Positions 24,824-33,242 of a stretch of DNA of 38,778 bases are shown piece after piece. Under the pieces are notes generated by a model that worked only from the letters and a program-made list of their open reading frames with translations, was not told where the DNA came from and ran no database searches. The DNA lies in the IMG/VR virus record IMGVR_UViG_3300012347_000380, positions 1 to 38,778 of that record; one strand, written 5' to 3'. Position 1 is the stretch's first letter; every line of letters starts with the position of its first letter. A program made the position numbers and the translations under genes. Source of the DNA: a virus. Taxonomy: Duplodnaviria; Caudoviricetes.

Positions 24824-25822
24824 ATGAACAACACCACCATCGTCCCCTCCACGCACGGAGGAACACCCAATCCGTTTGCCCGCGGGCTCTCCGAGCACGT
24901 CAACGCCGGAACCATCGAGGTCGAGTCCTCACGGGCAATCGCCGAAGCGCAGGGCAAGCTCGTCATCGCGAAGAAGTTCCCGCGCAACGAGGCGCTCGCG
25001 TTTGACGAGGCCATGCAGGCATGTCGCCGGATCGGCCTCGCCGAAGAAGCGTTCTGGTCGTTCCCGCGTGGCCGCGAAACGATCACCGGCTCGTCGATCC
25101 ATCTCGCCCGCGAGCTGGCCCGCGTGTGGGGCAACATCGAATACAACATCCGCGAGCTATCCCGAAAAGACGGCGTCTCGGAGATGCAAGCGTTTGCATG
25201 GGACCTCCAGACAAACACGCTCGTGACGCAGAATTTCACGGTCCGGCACTGGCGGGACACGAAGTCGGGCGGATACGCGCTCACCGACGAGCGCGACATC
25301 TACGAGCTGACGGCAAACCAGGGGTCACGCCGCCTGAGGGGCTGCATCTTCGCTGTCCTTCCGTCGGACCTGATCCGGGCCGCTGAGGACGAGTGCAAAC
25401 GGACACTGGCAGGCTCGAACGAGGAGCCGATCAAGGACCGCGTCCGGAAGATGGTTTCCGGGTTCTCCGGGCTGGGCGTTTCCGCCGCGATGATCGAGGC
25501 CCGCCTCGGCCATTCACTGGACGCCGTCCTGCCCGAGGAGATCGCCGAACTCCGCTCGATCTTCACGTCGATCAAAAACGGCGTGACCGTCGCGGGCGAG
25601 TGGTTCGGAGGCGTCAAGGCCGAGCGCGAAACCGCGACCGACATCCTCGAACCGGCACCGGCTACGGAGCAGCCTGCACCGAAGCCCGCGACGAAGAAGG
25701 CAAAGCCAGCGCCCGCAGCGGCACCGGCCCCACAACCAGAACCAGAACCCACGCCGGAGGAACCAGCCAATGAAGCACCAAGCACCGCCCTCGCCAGCGA
25801 CGACGGCGACATCTTCGGCTGA
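24824..25822 (+). CDS. putative single-strand annealing recombinase (exonuclease partner)
   Basis: Directly follows the RecE-like gene; AKKFPR, SIHLARELARVWGN, and a flexible Pro/acidic tail ending DDGDIFG. Confidence 0.55.
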   Translation: MNNTTIVPSTHGGTPNPFARGLSEHVNAGTIEVESSRAIAEAQGKLVIAKKFPRNEALAFDEAMQACRRIGLAEEAFWSFPRGRETITGSSIHLARELARVWGNIEYNIRELSRKDGVSEMQAFAWDLQTNTLVTQNFTVRHWRDTKSGGYALTDERDIYELTANQGSRRLRGCIFAVLPSDLIRAAEDECKRTLAGSNEEPIKDRVRKMVSGFSGLGVSAAMIEARLGHSLDAVLPEEIAELRSIFTSIKNGVTVAGEWFGGVKAERETATDILEPAPATEQPAPKPATKKAKPAPAAAPAPQPEPEPTPEEPANEAPSTALASDDGDIFG

Positions 25823-25994
25823 GTTCCTGACCGCCGACCAGCTCGTCGCGAGGTGGAACGCTCAGGTGGCATCCGCGACGCTGGCAACGTGGCGCAGCCG
25901 GGGCAACGGTCCCAAGTTCGTGAAGATAGGGGGCCGGGTATTGTATCGACTCGCTGACGTCATCGCGTGGGAAGCCAGAAACACCCGAAACTAA
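25770..25994 (+). CDS. excisionase/AlpA-like HTH protein
   Basis: FLTADQLVARW...TLATWRSRGNGPKFVKIGGRVLYRLADV. Confidence 0.85.
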   Translation: MKHQAPPSPATTATSSAEFLTADQLVARWNAQVASATLATWRSRGNGPKFVKIGGRVLYRLADVIAWEARNTRN

Positions 25995-25998
25995 TCAA

Positions 25999-26040
25999 TC
26001 ACCCCGGTGCAGAAAAAAATGCGCCGGGGTGAAATTTTTC
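25999..26040. terminator. hairpin/terminator after the excisionase-like gene
   Basis: CACCCCGGTGCA-loop-TGCGCCGGGGTG followed by AAATTTTTC. Confidence 0.55.
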
Positions 26041-26110
26041 TTTACCCGGTCGGAAAATTTACTGACGTCCTCTCAGTTGCACGAAGCAACGCACCAACCA
26101 ACACCAACCA

Positions 26111-26593
26111 ATGACACCTGAATTCAAGACCCTGTGCGAAGCCTTCGAGGCTCTCGCGAAGAAACTCGACTCCCGCCTCACCCGCATGGAGATGCACTTC
26201 GGCCTCGCCGTCGATACCGACCCCGCAATCGGCCACCCTGAACTGCCGCTGGCTGAGGCTGACGACGACGAAGCCGACATCCGCTGGGCACCTGTGGAGC
26301 AATCCGACGACGCGGTGTTAGCCGCCGCTGTCCAATGCGGAAAAACTCAGTCCCTTGAAGCGTGGGCTTCAACGCATCCGTCCGACAACGAAATCCCGTC
26401 CATCCCCGTGGAGGTCGGAGGCAACTACTACACCCGCAGCGGAAACGCCGCCCGCGTGACCAGCACCCGCGATGATCACTTCCACGGCGAGGTCCGCGTG
26501 AAAGGCTCGTGGCTCTCCTACAACTGGCACGCCAACGGACAGTCCTACACCGGAGTCAGCCGCCTCGACATCGTCAAAACCACCCCGCTCTGA
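26111..26593 (+). CDS. hypothetical protein
   Basis: 160 aa with ACACCAACCA leader; C-terminal VEVGGNYYTRSG...WHANG module. Confidence 0.7.
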   Translation: MTPEFKTLCEAFEALAKKLDSRLTRMEMHFGLAVDTDPAIGHPELPLAEADDDEADIRWAPVEQSDDAVLAAAVQCGKTQSLEAWASTHPSDNEIPSIPVEVGGNYYTRSGNAARVTSTRDDHFHGEVRVKGSWLSYNWHANGQSYTGVSRLDIVKTTPL

Positions 26594-26623
26594 ACCCTCA
26601 CCCAAACCAAGACACCAACCAAT

Positions 26624-27496
26624 ATGAGCAACGCACTCAGCATCCTCGGCGACGGCTACACCATCGCCATCACGCCCGAGGCCGAACAACAGAAACGCAC
26701 CATCGTCGAGGCTAGCCGCCGCATCATTGCGGTGACCGATCAAGACTCGTGCGACATCGCGCAAAGCCGCCTCAAGGCGCTCGCCGCTATCAGGATCGCG
26801 GTCGACAAGTCCCGCGAGATCGTCAAGCGCCCGGTCCTCGAACTCGGTCGCACCATCGACGGTATCGCCCGCGACTTCGCCGCTGAGGTCGTCGCCGAGG
26901 AAACGCGCCTGGACCAGCTCATCAAGGAGTTTGCCCGGGAGCAGCAACGCAAGGCACGGGAAGCCGCCGAAGCCGCCGAACGTGAACGCCAGCGCATCGA
27001 GCGTGAGGAGCACGAGGCCCGCATGGCTGCACTCCGGGCCGAGCAGGAAGCAGAGCGCGAACGGATGGCCGCTGAACGCGCCAAGCACGAGGCCGAGATG
27101 GCCCGCCTGAACGCTGAGAAGCAGAAGGACGCAGCCGCACAAGCCGAGGCCCGCCGTCGCGTGCTGGAGGCCGCACAGGCGCAACGGGAGGCCACCGCAC
27201 GCGCTGAGCAGGCACGCCGGGAGCAGGAAGCAGCCGCTGAGGAAGCACGCCGCCAATCAGAGGCCGCAGCCGCCGCCGTCGTCGCGCCTGTCGTCCCGCA
27301 GGGCGTGAAGGAGGAGATCGACTTCGAGGTCGTGGATGCTCACGCGTTCGCAGCGAAGTTCCCGCAGCTCGTGACGATCACGCCGAAGCGGTCCGACATC
27401 CTCACCGCGCTCAAAAAGTCCTTCATCAAGAACGGCAAGCTCCCCGAGGTCCCCGGCCTCCGGGTGTTCCAAAACCTCAAGGTCCGGGGCCGCTGA
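26624..27496 (+). CDS. long coiled-coil protein
   Basis: Extended E/A/R/Q-rich coiled coil with a C-terminal VPGLRVF motif common in phage recombination regions. Confidence 0.7.
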   Translation: MSNALSILGDGYTIAITPEAEQQKRTIVEASRRIIAVTDQDSCDIAQSRLKALAAIRIAVDKSREIVKRPVLELGRTIDGIARDFAAEVVAEETRLDQLIKEFAREQQRKAREAAEAAERERQRIEREEHEARMAALRAEQEAERERMAAERAKHEAEMARLNAEKQKDAAAQAEARRRVLEAAQAQREATARAEQARREQEAAAEEARRQSEAAAAAVVAPVVPQGVKEEIDFEVVDAHAFAAKFPQLVTITPKRSDILTALKKSFIKNGKLPEVPGLRVFQNLKVRGR

Positions 27497-27537
27497 AAAC
27501 CACTCACCGGAGGTCCGACCCCTCCGCTCTTCCAAAC

Positions 27538-27813
27538 ATGGACCATACCAAATTCACATCCGCGCTTGCCCGCCTCAACCGTCACCAAATCGGAATTAGC
27601 GAAGCCTGCATCCTGTTCTCCATCGGCGACGGCGCAAGCAAATTGGAGATCGCCGAGAAAGTTGGGCTCGATGCAAACACCGCTAAATCCCGCGCCGGGT
27701 CAATCCGTCGAAAAGGTTACTGCCGAACCGTCTATGACGAGCAGGGCAATGCGAAATATCTCCTCACCAATGAAGGCAAACAAATCATCAGTGAAACCCT
27801 CAGTGAACTCTGA
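27538..27813 (+). CDS. winged-helix DNA-binding protein (MarR-like)
   Basis: EIAEKVGLDANTAKS...RKGY...YLLTNEGK. Confidence 0.65.
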   Translation: MDHTKFTSALARLNRHQIGISEACILFSIGDGASKLEIAEKVGLDANTAKSRAGSIRRKGYCRTVYDEQGNAKYLLTNEGKQIISETLSEL

Positions 27814-28051
27814 ACTCTACTACTACCTCAAGCACCGGACGCATTGCCTCCGGTTCATCCTGTCACTTGCCATCCTGAGCAACTGCATCATCGCCGCGCT
27901 GATCGCTGGCCTCTACGGTCGGCCCGACATCGCCATGACGCTTTGCGGTGTGGCAGTCGCCGCTCTCCTGGTCGCCATGCGCCAGCACAAGCACTGCATC
28001 AACTATTACAACCTCCTCGAACGCTCGAAACCTCAGCCCCGCAAACCATGA
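27803..28051 (+). CDS. small two-TM membrane protein
   Basis: Two hydrophobic helices; probable GTG start at 27803. Confidence 0.55.
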   Translation: MNSELYYYLKHRTHCLRFILSLAILSNCIIAALIAGLYGRPDIAMTLCGVAVAALLVAMRQHKHCINYYNLLERSKPQPRKP

Positions 28052-28785
28052 AACCGACCCACCACCCAAACTGCAACGACGTCCTCAAGAAGCCAGCCGG
28101 CATGACCGAGGAGGAATGCGGCGACCAGCCAATCTGCAGGAGCTCGGAATACGTCACCTCGTTCTGGAAGCCGTCATCGGAGGAACTCCTCTCCCTCAAC
28201 GGTGGAGGATGCGTCGCGCTGTCGATCATGGGCGCCACTCACCCGCCGCTGTCCGTCGATACGTGCCGGCCGCATGACACGCAGGCATTGGGCCGCGTCA
28301 TCGACCCGAGCGAATATTTCCACCGGATGAAGTCTTTGAACGACCGGCTCAACCGTCTGGTTGACCTCACGAAGCGGATTCTCTCGGCATGGGTCGGAGG
28401 CCGCGACAACGAACGCGCTCCGCTCACCGACGAGATGCTCGATTCAATGCTCGCCAACCGGGCCGACGGATCGTTCGTCGGTGTCCACGAGGCAATCGAC
28501 CAGACGCCGACCGCGACACAGAAGGACGTGGACCGCTACCGGGCCGACGCTGAGGGATGGAAGGCCGAGGCGGAACGGTGGCGGAAGGTGGCCGAGGGCC
28601 GAATTTGCCCGCACCTCTTACGTGAGAAAGTCCAGCATCTCGACGGCGACCACGCGTGGAATGAATTCCGCCGCAACTGCGAAAACCTCGGCGAAATCAC
28701 CTTGGAGTTTGTTTATCGGTCGGCATTCAACGAGGCCGCAAACAACGTCATTTCGCTTTCGGACCCCAACCCCGCCGAGTCATGA
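28048..28785 (+). CDS. hypothetical protein
   Basis: ATGA-coupled; the N-terminal NDVLKKPAGMTEEECG...SFWKPSSEEL..LNGGG module resembles, from recall, a recurring phage domain. Confidence 0.7.
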   Translation: MKPTHHPNCNDVLKKPAGMTEEECGDQPICRSSEYVTSFWKPSSEELLSLNGGGCVALSIMGATHPPLSVDTCRPHDTQALGRVIDPSEYFHRMKSLNDRLNRLVDLTKRILSAWVGGRDNERAPLTDEMLDSMLANRADGSFVGVHEAIDQTPTATQKDVDRYRADAEGWKAEAERWRKVAEGRICPHLLREKVQHLDGDHAWNEFRRNCENLGEITLEFVYRSAFNEAANNVISLSDPNPAES

Positions 28786-29222
28786 TCCGCCGACCACTCA
28801 ACGAACGGTTCGCCGACAAGGTGATGCTTGGCGTGAAGAACACCACGATCCGAGACAATCCATGGCCGGTCGGGAAACCGATCATGCTCTTCCGATGGGA
28901 GGGAAAGCCCTACCGATCGAAGCAGGTCGAGATTGCGCCGGTCATCGTGGAGGAAGTCCAGCCCATCGAAATCGACATGCCCGAGTTCGGGGAGCCCGCT
29001 TACTTCCCGCGCAAGCTCGACTGTGGGTGTCCGCTGTGGATCAGCGAAGGGTTCAAGGATCAAGACGACATGGACTCGTGGTTCTCCCGCGTTGTGAAAA
29101 CCGGACAGACCGCCACGAAGGTGCTGATGCGGTTCCGGCTGGCGACCTGTCACGAGGTCGTCATGGATTCTCAGCCGGTTCGTTCGTGGCACAAGCCAAA
29201 CCCTCACTCCACGCTGCCATGA
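28782..29222 (+). CDS. ASCH/PUA-like domain protein
   Basis: FADKVMLGVKNTTIR...VGKPI and EGF..DDM..WF, an ASCH-like pattern. Confidence 0.65.
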   Translation: MIRRPLNERFADKVMLGVKNTTIRDNPWPVGKPIMLFRWEGKPYRSKQVEIAPVIVEEVQPIEIDMPEFGEPAYFPRKLDCGCPLWISEGFKDQDDMDSWFSRVVKTGQTATKVLMRFRLATCHEVVMDSQPVRSWHKPNPHSTLP

Positions 29223-29428
29223 GCCGCCAACTCACTGTCAAATACACGCCGAGCACGCTTGCGCTCATCAACGCCTGCCAGGCATGCGAGGTCATCGAAG
29301 GAGCGGCGGTCGTGCTCACGCAGGATGCAGCGAACAAGATCACCCGCCAGCTACCAACTCGCGATTTCGTCCTGTTCGACATCCAGAATGCAGGGCCGGG
29401 AAAATTCGTCGTCTCGCTGAAGAATTAG
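29219..29428 (+). CDS. hypothetical protein
   Basis: 69 aa from ATG 29219, ATGA-coupled to the previous gene. Confidence 0.55.
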   Translation: MSRQLTVKYTPSTLALINACQACEVIEGAAVVLTQDAANKITRQLPTRDFVLFDIQNAGPGKFVVSLKN

Positions 29429-29474
29429 CTTGTTTAAACGCGCTGAGGTTCTATTCCTCAGCGCATCCAACCAC

Positions 29475-30137
29475 ATGAACACCGCACCAACCAACAACCG
29501 CGAGACATGGCTTCGCCAGCTCGCAGACTTCATGGCTCCTCGCTTCGCCGAACTTGGCAAGCCAATCCCTCCTTTCCGTGTAGGAACCGGATTCACCTCG
29601 GGAGGCAGTAAATGTAACGCTGGCGGCGAATGCTGGAACAAGTCGGTTTCTTCCGACGGTCACTATGAGATCTTCATCATGCCCGATCAGGTCGAGCGGA
29701 TGGACGTTGCCGCTATCCTCTGCCACGAGCTGATTCATGCCGCCGTCGGCCTCCAAGAGGGCCACAAGGGGCAGTTCGCCGTCATGATGGGCAAGCTCGG
29801 ATTACTTCGGCCCTACACGTCATCGGTTCCAGGGCCGATGTTCATCGAATGGGTGAAGCCTGCTCTCGACGAGCTCGGACCGATCCCGCACGCCGCGCTG
29901 AACTTCCGCCGTGGTGGCAACATCGAGATCAAAATCAAGGTCGAGGGAGCGGACGACGACGGCGACGAGGAAGAGCCAGGCAGCTCGAACCAGAAGAAGA
30001 AGCAATCCACCCGCATGCTCAAGGCCTCTTGCGAGTGCGGCTACACCATCCGGCTCTCGAAGAAGTGGGCGCTGGAACTCGGGGCGACCTGCCCGCAGTG
30101 TGGCGCGATGGAGATCGAAGGCCTCGACGAAGATTGA
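29475..30137 (+). CDS. SprT-like zinc metalloprotease with C-terminal zinc ribbon
   Basis: GECW, HELIH (HExxH), GHKGQF and CECG...CPQC. Confidence 0.8.
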   Translation: MNTAPTNNRETWLRQLADFMAPRFAELGKPIPPFRVGTGFTSGGSKCNAGGECWNKSVSSDGHYEIFIMPDQVERMDVAAILCHELIHAAVGLQEGHKGQFAVMMGKLGLLRPYTSSVPGPMFIEWVKPALDELGPIPHAALNFRRGGNIEIKIKVEGADDDGDEEEPGSSNQKKKQSTRMLKASCECGYTIRLSKKWALELGATCPQCGAMEIEGLDED

Positions 30138-30161
30138 AACCTCACCCCAACCACCAACACC

Positions 30162-30596
30162 GTGAGCATTGAGCTAGAGAACCCCAAAACACTCGTCGAA
30201 AAGATCGACGCCGCCGCGAACTACGTCGCCCAGATGCTTCTGGCAAAAACCGTCCGCGATGATGTCCAATTCGAAGAAGCCCACGCCCGAGCAAGCCGCT
30301 TGCTGTTCGAGGCGTGCCAGATGGCCGAGGAATCAAAAACCGAACCCGACCTTCGCGCCGTGGCGGTCAATGACGCTCTCGCCGAACGCACCCGCCAAGA
30401 CGCCAAGTGGGGACAGCAAGACCACGACCCAATCACTTGGTCCGCGATCCTCACCGAAGAGTGCGGGGAGCTCGCCGAGGCCGCGCTTCATCACCGGTTT
30501 GGAGGTCCTGCTGCCGCTGGCCTGAGAACCGAAGCCGTGCAGGTCGCCGCCGTCGCTCTGCAAATCGTCGAGTGCCTCGACCGGAACGGCATCTAA
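30162..30596 (+). CDS. MazG-like nucleotide pyrophosphohydrolase domain protein
   Basis: ERTRQDAKWGQQDH, ILTEECGELAEA and EAVQVAAVA. Confidence 0.75.
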   Translation: MSIELENPKTLVEKIDAAANYVAQMLLAKTVRDDVQFEEAHARASRLLFEACQMAEESKTEPDLRAVAVNDALAERTRQDAKWGQQDHDPITWSAILTEECGELAEAALHHRFGGPAAAGLRTEAVQVAAVALQIVECLDRNGI

Positions 30597-30597
30597 C

Positions 30598-30848
30598 TGC
30601 GGACTTTGTGCGGACTCAAACAAAAGCCCCCGGATCGCTCCGGGGGCCTAAGTCATTGAAAACATTGGTTGCGGGGGCCAGATTTGAACTGACGACCTTC
30701 AGGTTATGAGCCTGACGGCAGCACCTCGCGACGGATTGCGGAAAATTGAGAATCTGTTAGATAACAAACACATGGAAAACACCAACCACCACCAGACATC
30801 GACGCCGGATGCGGACATTTGCGGCGAATTGCGGACAATGAGCGGACT
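30598..30848. repeat. integrase arm-type site repeats around attP
   Basis: TGCGGAC at 30598, 30609, 30810 and 30830, plus variants near 30738, 30820 and 30841, in 10-11 bp phase on both sides of the core. Confidence 0.75.
30666..30716 (-). mobile_element. attP core: 3' half of tRNA-Met(CAT)
   Basis: Minus strand GTCAGGCTCATAACCTGAAGGTCGTCAGTTCAAATCTGGCCCCCGCAACCA contains the anticodon arm, T arm and 3' acceptor only. Confidence 0.88.
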
Positions 30849-31827
30849 GCGCCTATTCGAAGCCGCTGGAAGCCTCGACCGCTATGGCGTCCCAAGAGAA
30901 GAGGTAGTTGAAGCAGTTGAGGCGTTGGCCGACTACGTCGATAACGAGGCGCATGGGAGAGACACGTCGGAGCCGATCAAGCGTCTGTTAGCGTCGGTCA
31001 ATTCGTTGCAGCCCGCCCCAACCACGCCCCCACCGCTGCGAGGACGACCCGGCAGCATCGACCTGCTGCGGAAGGTCACGGGTGATCCGATGGCCGCTCC
31101 TGTGGACGTGGATGAATGCCAGCCCGCCCCGGCCCCGAGCGACCGACCGCTCTATGTCTGCCGCCACTGTGGCCGTGAGTGGGACGACGGAAACAGGCAT
31201 TACTGCGGGTGTGGCGGGCCATACAGAATCCCAAACCCGGCCCCGAGCGCAATTGTGGCGCAATCCATCCGCGACCATCACGGCAAGCTAGAAGCGGAAG
31301 CACGCGCAAAAACCGATTCCGCGTTGGCTGACGAAATCGTCGCGGACGTCACCGAAACCATCGCCCGCTCTGCCGGTGATTGGATCGCTGAGAAGACGGA
31401 CGCTGAGATGATGGCGCTGACCCTAAGCGGACAGAAGACCGTCACCGGAGGCCATGCCCATCCGACCATTCCGATTCCACCACCACCACCTCGGACCGCC
31501 CCAACCCCCGCCAATGAATCCGCTAATGAGCGGTTGCTCCAGCCGCGTCTTGTTCAGCCTCTTTTGAACGTGCGGCAACACCTTGTTGATCGAGCGACTA
31601 ACATCGGAGCGGGAACGTGCCTGCAAAAGAATGAAATACTGTGGGCAATCGAGGTGGTGGACAACGAACTGAAATGGCAAGGACATCCTGAATGCCACTT
31701 CGCAGCCGATAACATCACAGAGCGGACCCGCACCGCCCGCGTGGAAACCTACCGGAAGCTCGTGGCGGATGGCTTCACTCACCACGCTTCGCTGGCCGCC
31801 GCACGCCAACTGATGCATGTCGGCTGA
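30772..31827 (+). CDS. hypothetical mosaic protein between attP and integrase (start uncertain: 30772 or 30838)
   Basis: Modules separated by Pro-rich linkers, a CRHC..CGC zinc finger, and a final module that starts at an attC-like half site. Confidence 0.55.
   Translation: MENTNHHQTSTPDADICGELRTMSGLRLFEAAGSLDRYGVPREEVVEAVEALADYVDNEAHGRDTSEPIKRLLASVNSLQPAPTTPPPLRGRPGSIDLLRKVTGDPMAAPVDVDECQPAPAPSDRPLYVCRHCGREWDDGNRHYCGCGGPYRIPNPAPSAIVAQSIRDHHGKLEAEARAKTDSALADEIVADVTETIARSAGDWIAEKTDAEMMALTLSGQKTVTGGHAHPTIPIPPPPPRTAPTPANESANERLLQPRLVQPLLNVRQHLVDRATNIGAGTCLQKNEILWAIEVVDNELKWQGHPECHFAADNITERTRTARVETYRKLVADGFTHHASLAAARQLMHVG
31528..31559 (-). mobile_element. attC-like half site
   Basis: Minus strand GCTGAAC-AAGAC-GCGGCTGGAGCAACC; shares 22 identical nt (31546-31567) with 12919-12940. 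Confidence 0.55.
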
Positions 31828-31861
31828 ACAGCTAATTATGCCCACCCGGGAGTGTCGATAA

Positions 31862-32998
31862 ATGAAACTCACCAAACGCACCGTCGCCGCCGCCGACATC
31901 GGCACGCATTGGGACGAACAGCTCCCGGGTTTCGGCCTGCGGGTCTGGCCTTCCGGGCGACGGTCGTTTGTCGTGAGGTATCGGACCGCCACGGGGACGG
32001 ATCGGCTCATGACGCTTGGCACTGCGGAAGAGATTCACCCGGAGGCAGCGCGGGAAATGGCCCGACAGGTCCGCGCCGAAGTGCGCCAAGGGAAGGACCC
32101 GAAGGCCGAGCGGACCGAAACTCGAAACGCCCCGCGCCTTGAAGACCTCAAAACCCGGTTCCTCGCCGAGCACTCGTCACAGAAAAAACCCGGCACTGCC
32201 ACCAATCAGGAAATCCACTGGCGGCTGCACATCCTCCCGCACCTGGGCAACCCTGCGGTCGCCGACATCACCGAGAGTGACCTGATCGCGCTCCGGGGTA
32301 AACTGTCCGACCGCCCGACCAACTGCAACCGCGTGTTCGAGACGCTGTCCAAGGCATTCGACCTTGCCGAGCGTTGGAGGTGGAGGCCGAGCGGGTCCAA
32401 CCCGTGCCGGTGGATCGAGGACCATCCCGAGCAGGCGGTCGAGCGCATCCTTGAGCCCGCCGAGGTCGCGGCCATCTGGTCGCAGATCGACGCTGACGAC
32501 GTGCTGCCATCGGCCCGCGCTCTGTTCCGGCTCCTCATGCTCACCGGGTGCCGGTCCGGCGAGTGGATCCGCGCTCTATGGTCGTGGGTGGACCTCGACA
32601 ACGCCGCGCTGAAACTGCCCGACTCCAAGACCGGGGCGAAAGTAGTCCCGCTTTCACCCAACGCAGTGGACCTGCTCCGGTCACTCCCGCGGTCGTCGAT
32701 TTACGTCCTGCCCGGGCTCACCGGTGGCCCGCTCGGTGGGCATCGCCGAATCTGGCTCCGCATCCTGAAACGTGCCGGCATCACCGACCGGGTCCGCATT
32801 CACGACCTTCGGCACACTGTGGGGAGCTACGCGCACCGGGCAGGGGCATCGCAGCGCGAAGTGGCCGACCTCCTCGGGCACAAGCAGATGGCAACCGCCG
32901 CCCGGTATATCCACGGGCCGGGGTCTGAGAAGCACAGCAACGCCGCCCGGGCATCGTCGGCGATACTGGAGATGGCGAAGAAAAATCGCTCGGGTTGA
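31862..32998 (+). CDS. int: tyrosine integrase with N-terminal arm-binding domain
   Basis: WDEQLPGFGLRV arm domain; catalytic TGCR, DSKTG, HDLRH, LLGH and RYIH. Confidence 0.95.
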   Translation: MKLTKRTVAAADIGTHWDEQLPGFGLRVWPSGRRSFVVRYRTATGTDRLMTLGTAEEIHPEAAREMARQVRAEVRQGKDPKAERTETRNAPRLEDLKTRFLAEHSSQKKPGTATNQEIHWRLHILPHLGNPAVADITESDLIALRGKLSDRPTNCNRVFETLSKAFDLAERWRWRPSGSNPCRWIEDHPEQAVERILEPAEVAAIWSQIDADDVLPSARALFRLLMLTGCRSGEWIRALWSWVDLDNAALKLPDSKTGAKVVPLSPNAVDLLRSLPRSSIYVLPGLTGGPLGGHRRIWLRILKRAGITDRVRIHDLRHTVGSYAHRAGASQREVADLLGHKQMATAARYIHGPGSEKHSNAARASSAILEMAKKNRSG

Positions 32999-33006
32999 CG
33001 ATTATT

Positions 33007-33035
33007 GTTGCACAAGTGCAACGCGTGGCTAAGTT
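33007..33035 (+). promoter_or_regulatory. promoter/operator of the replication operon
   Basis: Perfect palindrome GTTGCAC-AA-GTGCAAC overlapping TTGCAC-N16-TAAGTT. Confidence 0.65.
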
Positions 33036-33059
33036 GGCGCTGTCAACCGACACCAACCA

Positions 33060-33242
33060 ATGACACCGACCACCCAAGACATCGAGGCCCGCGCTGAGCG
33101 TGAAGGCCTACCCATCGCCGACGTGCTCGCCACGGCAGGCATCAACCGCTCCACGTGGTGGAGATGGAAAACCGGACGGTTCCAGCCTCGTGCTGAAACC
33201 GTGGAACGCATCGAGGCAGCACTCAAACTCAGCCGGAAATGA
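33060..33242 (+). CDS. Cro-like HTH regulator
   Basis: IADVLATAGINRSTWWRWKTGRFQP; 60 aa. Confidence 0.85.
   Translation: MTPTTQDIEARAEREGLPIADVLATAGINRSTWWRWKTGRFQPRAETVERIEAALKLSRK

Noticed and set aside
30666-30716. Functional tRNA gene
   Set aside because: The 5' acceptor strand and D arm are missing; interpreted as the attP core.
31862-32998. Integron integrase IntI
   Set aside because: It has an N-terminal arm-binding domain and matching arm repeats at attP, and no IntI-specific insertion is visible before the HxLR motif.
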